DNA of 64,000 bases, from assembly GCA_963801165.1 (NCBI GenBank), contig CAWDDT010000013.1, positions 64,001-128,000 of the forward strand, read 5' to 3'. The stretch comes from an uncultured bacterium. GTDB lineage: Bacteria > Actinomycetota > Acidimicrobiia > Spongiisociales > UBA5794. Below are positions 60,470-64,000 of this stretch, in pieces. How positions within the stretch are numbered: position 1 is the first letter of the stretch; every line of letters begins with the position of its first letter. Both the position numbers and the translations under genes were made by a program. Below the pieces are notes generated by a model that saw only the letters and a list, made by a program, of their open reading frames with translations, was not told the DNA's origin and did not search any database.

Positions 60470-61570
60470 TCACAGAAGAACTACGAGGTCATCGCGATGG
60501 ATGACCTCACCACCCACCTCCGACGTGTGCCGGCCGGCTACCTCTGCCAGATGCGACGATCCGACCCCGGCGAGCCCCTTGCCGACGAGACCACCCTCGC
60601 CATCGACAATCTCTACCGCGTCGCCAACCGAGAACTCGCCGTCGCAGCCCGTCACCCCCACCGCAAGCAGCGAGCCGCCCCGCTCCTTGACGGCGTAGGC
60701 GGCACCGGCGTCGACGTGAATCCGGCCACACGAAGGCAATCCGAATGCAATCCACAGCTTCCTGGCCGACAGGCGGTTCTCCCGCGGAGCGATCCAGGTG
60801 CCGACATCCTCACCTGCTACCGCTTTGGAAGCAGCGCCCGGGTCGTTTGCAGCAGCGATGACGGTCGGTATCCCCGACCACGCCGCCATCCGGGCGGCGG
60901 CGATCTTGGTGGCCACCCCACCCGATCCGAGCGCACCAGTACCGCGATTGAGGTGGAGCGTGTCGAGCACCTGGTCGGTGTCGCGCACGGCTGTGATCAG
61001 CTGGGCCGCATCATCGAGGCGTGGATCGTTGTCGTAGATGCCGCTGGTATCGGTCAGGATGATGAGCAGGGCAGCGTCGACCAGATGCGACACGATGGCC
61101 GCCAATCGGTCGTTGTCGCCGAATTTGAGCTCGTCGACAACAACGGTGTCGTTCTCATTGACGATCGGCACGATCCCGAGACTGAGCATCCTCTCAAAGG
61201 CATCCCGGGCGTGGAGGTACTGGCCGCGGCGGGCGACCACGTCACGGGTGATCAGCACCTGACCGACTATCAAGTCCCTCTTGCCGAACTCGGCCGAGTA
61301 GCTCTCCATCAGCTTGCCCTGGCCGACGGCGGCCGCGACCTGGAGACCCGGCATGTCGGCGGGGCGCTCCGTCAGCCCCATGGTCGCCAGACCAGCGGCC
61401 ACCGCACCGGACGACACCAGCACAGTCGGGTAGCCGCCTCGCAAGAGCGCGGCCACCTGCTCGACGGTCCGCACCAGCCCGGCCAGGTCGATACCTCCCA
61501 AGGGCGAGGCAAGGCTCGACGATCCGACTTTCACGACGATCGGTCTGCCCGTAGCGGCCTTGGTCCTCAC
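60470..61570 (-). CDS. proB: Glutamate 5-kinase
   Basis: VVKVGSS, SSGAV, NENDTV, FGDND, PUA domain. Confidence 0.97.
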   Translation of the reverse strand: MRTKAATGRPIVVKVGSSSLASPLGGIDLAGLVRTVEQVAALLRGGYPTVLVSSGAVAAGLATMGLTERPADMPGLQVAAAVGQGKLMESYSAEFGKRDLIVGQVLITRDVVARRGQYLHARDAFERMLSLGIVPIVNENDTVVVDELKFGDNDRLAAIVSHLVDAALLIILTDTSGIYDNDPRLDDAAQLITAVRDTDQVLDTLHLNRGTGALGSGGVATKIAAARMAAWSGIPTVIAAANDPGAASKAVAGEDVGTWIAPRENRLSARKLWIAFGLPSCGRIHVDAGAAYAVKERGGSLLAVGVTGCDGEFSVGDAVEIVDGEGGLVGKGLAGVGSSHLAEVAGRHTSEVGGEVIHRDDLVVLL

Positions 61571-62856
61571 ACGTCTTCCTCGTCTTCCGGGGCCCCTGTA
61601 GCGGGCTCGTAGGTGAAGACAATATCGCCGATACGCACGTCTTCCCCGGCAACTGCCCCGGCAGCGGCTAGTGCCTCATCAACTCCGAGCCGGCTCAAAC
61701 GCCTGGCGGCGAGATCGGCGGCGGCGCCGACGGTGAGATCGTCGAGGTTGACCGCCCGTTCCGCCACCTTGCCGCTCACAACCCACTGATCCCCTTCCCT
61801 GGCGACCGTGAAGGTCTCGGGTAGCGGGCGATGGAGCAGATAGCCGGCTCGGTCGGGCGCCTCGCGCACATGGGTTTCGACCGCCGCCCCAATCGCATAC
61901 AGCAGGTCGGTGACGCCCACGCCCGTGATGCCCGAGATCCGATGGACGGGCAGGTCGATCCGGCTCCCCAACTCATCAGCAACCGACGCCTCCTCGAGGG
62001 CGTCGACTTTGTTGAGAACGACGATGCGCCGTCGCCCTGCCAGCTCCGGCGAGTGTTTCTCCAGCTCCCTGGTGAGCACGTCATACTGCGCTATCACCGG
62101 ATCGGTCTGGAGTGGCGTTGGGTCGAGGAGAATAACCAGGACCCGCGCCCTCTCTACGTGACGGAGGAACTCGTGCCCCAACCCCTTCCCGTCTGCGGCC
62201 CCCTCGACGAGCCCCGGGATGTCTGCGAGCACGAACTCGTAGTCATCGACCGAAACGACCCCGAGGTTCGGAGTGAGCGTTGTGAAGGGGTAGTCGGCGA
62301 TCTTGGGCCTCGCCTCCGATACCCGGGAGATGAGGGTGGACTTTCCTGAGTTGGGGTAACCAACGAGGGCGGCGTCGGCGATGAGCTTGAGCTCGAGCAT
62401 CACCGAGCGCTCCTCGCCGTACTCCCCCTGCTCGGCATACGTCGGTGCTCGGTGCGCACGTGCGACCAAAGCGGCGTTTCCCCGACCGGCGCGACCACCC
62501 GCTGCGATACGAACCTGCTGATCGGGCTCGACCAGGTCCGCCAGAAGGGTGCCGTCGAGGTCGCGAACCAATGTACCGAGCGGGACGGGCAGGATCAGGT
62601 CGTCACCGGCCCGCCCATGGCGCAGATCGCCCTCACCGTGTGTTCCCGACGAGGCCTTCCAGTGTGGCTTGCGCGCGTAGCGCAGCAATGTGGCCATGGC
62701 AGGATCGGCCGTGACGATCACTGATCCGCCGGAACCACCCGAGCCACCGACGGGTTTGCCGCGCGGTTTGCCCTTCTGACGCTGAAACGATGCCACGCCG
62801 GCGCCACCGGAACCACCCTTGGCGTGAACGACGACCTGGTCTACGAAGGAAGCCAC
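61567..62856 (-). CDS. obgE: GTPase Obg
   Basis: Gly-rich N-terminus, GYPNSGKST, ADYPFTT, DIPG, NKVD. Confidence 0.97.
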   Translation of the reverse strand: MASFVDQVVVHAKGGSGGAGVASFQRQKGKPRGKPVGGSGGSGGSVIVTADPAMATLLRYARKPHWKASSGTHGEGDLRHGRAGDDLILPVPLGTLVRDLDGTLLADLVEPDQQVRIAAGGRAGRGNAALVARAHRAPTYAEQGEYGEERSVMLELKLIADAALVGYPNSGKSTLISRVSEARPKIADYPFTTLTPNLGVVSVDDYEFVLADIPGLVEGAADGKGLGHEFLRHVERARVLVILLDPTPLQTDPVIAQYDVLTRELEKHSPELAGRRRIVVLNKVDALEEASVADELGSRIDLPVHRISGITGVGVTDLLYAIGAAVETHVREAPDRAGYLLHRPLPETFTVAREGDQWVVSGKVAERAVNLDDLTVGAAADLAARRLSRLGVDEALAAAGAVAGEDVRIGDIVFTYEPATGAPEDEEDV

Positions 62857-62871
62857 CTACGAGGCTTCGGT

Positions 62872-63126
62872 TCAGGAGTCTATGAGGACGCTCACCTGGC
62901 GGCGGCCCCTGCGGGTGCCGTACTCGACCACACCGTCGGTCTTGGCGAACAGCGTGTCATCGCTGCCCCGACCGACGTTGAGCCCCGGATGGATCCTCGT
63001 GCCGCGTTGCCTGACCAGGATCGAGCCTGCCGTGACCGTCTGCCCGTCGAATACCTTGGGGCCGAGCCGCTGTGCCGCAGAGTCGCGACCGTTGCGGGTC
63101 GAGCCACCCGCCTTTGTCTTTGACAT
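62872..63126 (-). CDS. rpmA: 50S ribosomal protein L27
   Basis: [16 protein letters not shown]. Confidence 0.97.
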   Translation of the reverse strand: MSKTKAGGSTRNGRDSAAQRLGPKVFDGQTVTAGSILVRQRGTRIHPGLNVGRGSDDTLFAKTDGVVEYGTRRGRRQVSVLIDS

Positions 63127-63129
63127 TGT

Positions 63130-63504
63130 CTACTTCTCCTCGGCTGTAGCGACTGCTTCGTCCGCCGCGGCCTTTGCCTTCTTCTTGGCGCCGCCCGAGA
63201 CGGTGATCTTCGTCACCTTGATGGTGGTGTACGTCTGCCGGTGACCGGCGCTTCTGCGGTAGCCGGTCTTGTTCTTGTACTTGAAGACGTCGATCTTGTC
63301 ACCGCGGTGCTCGCCCACGATCTCGGCGGTCACCTTGGCCTTTTCCAGCTTCTTTGTATCGGAAATGACGGTGCCGTCGTCCTTGACGATCAAGAGCGGG
63401 GTGAAGGTGATATCGCCGGTGGCCTTGAGACGCTCGACGTCGAGAACGTCGCCTTCACTTACCTTGGATTGTTTCCCGCCGGCGCGGATGATCGCGTACA
63501 TCAT
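63130..63504 (-). CDS. rplU: 50S ribosomal protein L21
   Basis: MYAIIRAGGKQ, GHRQTYT. Confidence 0.96.
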   Translation of the reverse strand: MMYAIIRAGGKQSKVSEGDVLDVERLKATGDITFTPLLIVKDDGTVISDTKKLEKAKVTAEIVGEHRGDKIDVFKYKNKTGYRRSAGHRQTYTTIKVTKITVSGGAKKKAKAAADEAVATAEEK

Positions 63505-63625
63505 TTCCTCCGAGATCCCCGGACAACTAATCGTGCCGGTGCTCCGCCCGGACGCGAAGAGACAGACTCCTCGGCGAGCGATGACGCATGTTAGTACACC
63601 GCCTCCAAACCCGAAACCGAGCTTA

Positions 63626-63827
63626 TCCTTCTCCCCCTGGGAAAAGTGCCAAGCGAAGCGAAGGCGGGCCAACTTCTTCCTTCTCCCTCTGGGAGAAGTG
63701 CCGAGCGGAGCGAAGGCGATGAGGGCCTTGCGAAGATGCGCGCTGGTCGACCCAGCAGATCGAGGCGTTCGAGACCACCGCCACCACCGCCTCGGTCGCT
63801 TCGCTCCTCGTCCCCCTGGAAGGGGGA
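63626..63827. repeat. REP/CIR-like palindromic intergenic repeats (2 direct plus 1 inverted)
   Basis: TCCTTCTCCCYCTGGGARAAGTGCCRAGCGRAGCGAAGGCG at 63626 and 63678; inverted relative at 63787-63827. Confidence 0.75.
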
Positions 63828-63842
63828 ACTAGCGTTGTGTGC

Positions 63843-64000
63843 CTAGTGTCCGTTGCTTGGGAGCGGGGAGCCTGCGGTCGCCGCATCCTCGTACAGGACC
63901 ACGCCACGACCATTGCAGTGGGGGCATAAGTCGCTGAACGACTCGAGCAGACCTGCCGACACGTTCTTGCGGGTCATCTCCACGAGACCGAGGTTCGAGA
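63843..64000 (-). CDS. RNase E/G, 3' end only
   Basis: LGLVEMTRK..CPHCNGRG; usual position upstream of rplU-rpmA-obg. Confidence 0.9.
   Translation of the reverse strand, partial: SNLGLVEMTRKNVSAGLLESFSDLCPHCNGRGVVLYEDAATAGSPLPSNGH

Overview
GC-rich actinobacterial chromosome segment; gene content and order suggest an Acidimicrobiia-like lineage (inference, no taxonomic marker checked). A housekeeping core (about 10.4-47 kb and 56-64 kb) holds rpoD-dnaG, glyQS, uppS, recO, era, ybeY, a PgpH-like HD protein, phoH, a BldD homolog, rsmE-dnaJ-hrcA with CIRCE, ClC, hemW, lepA, rpsT, greA, holA-comEC-comEA, leuS, rsfS, nadD, proA, proB, obgE, rpmA, rplU and the 3' end of rne/rng. Two tRNA-anchored accessory regions are present. 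The left one (1-10.3 kb, tRNA-Asn) carries a MOBF relaxase missed by the ORF track, Xis, a tyrosine integrase, a lipoprotein plus Tat-exported L,D-transpeptidase-fold gene pair, a HEPN-motif gene and a complete IS110 whose bridge-RNA guides can be read off the sequence. The right one (about 49.7-55.9 kb, tRNA-Ala) carries att scars, an integrase fragment, a TA pair and an ECF sigma module. Best candidates for undescribed biology: (1) an unannotated transcript of about 250 nt divergent from an Lrp/AsnC gene, with a 26-codon ORF, five AACAAnAAGC repeats, a CUUG tetraloop and a terminator with an anti-Shine-Dalgarno loop; (2) a non-coding element of about 73 bp found next to the integrase in both islands; (3) signs of a c-di-GMP/BldD/WhiG-type circuit, including a Flp-pilin fusion with a sigma28-type promoter. 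All calls are by eye; no database searches were run.
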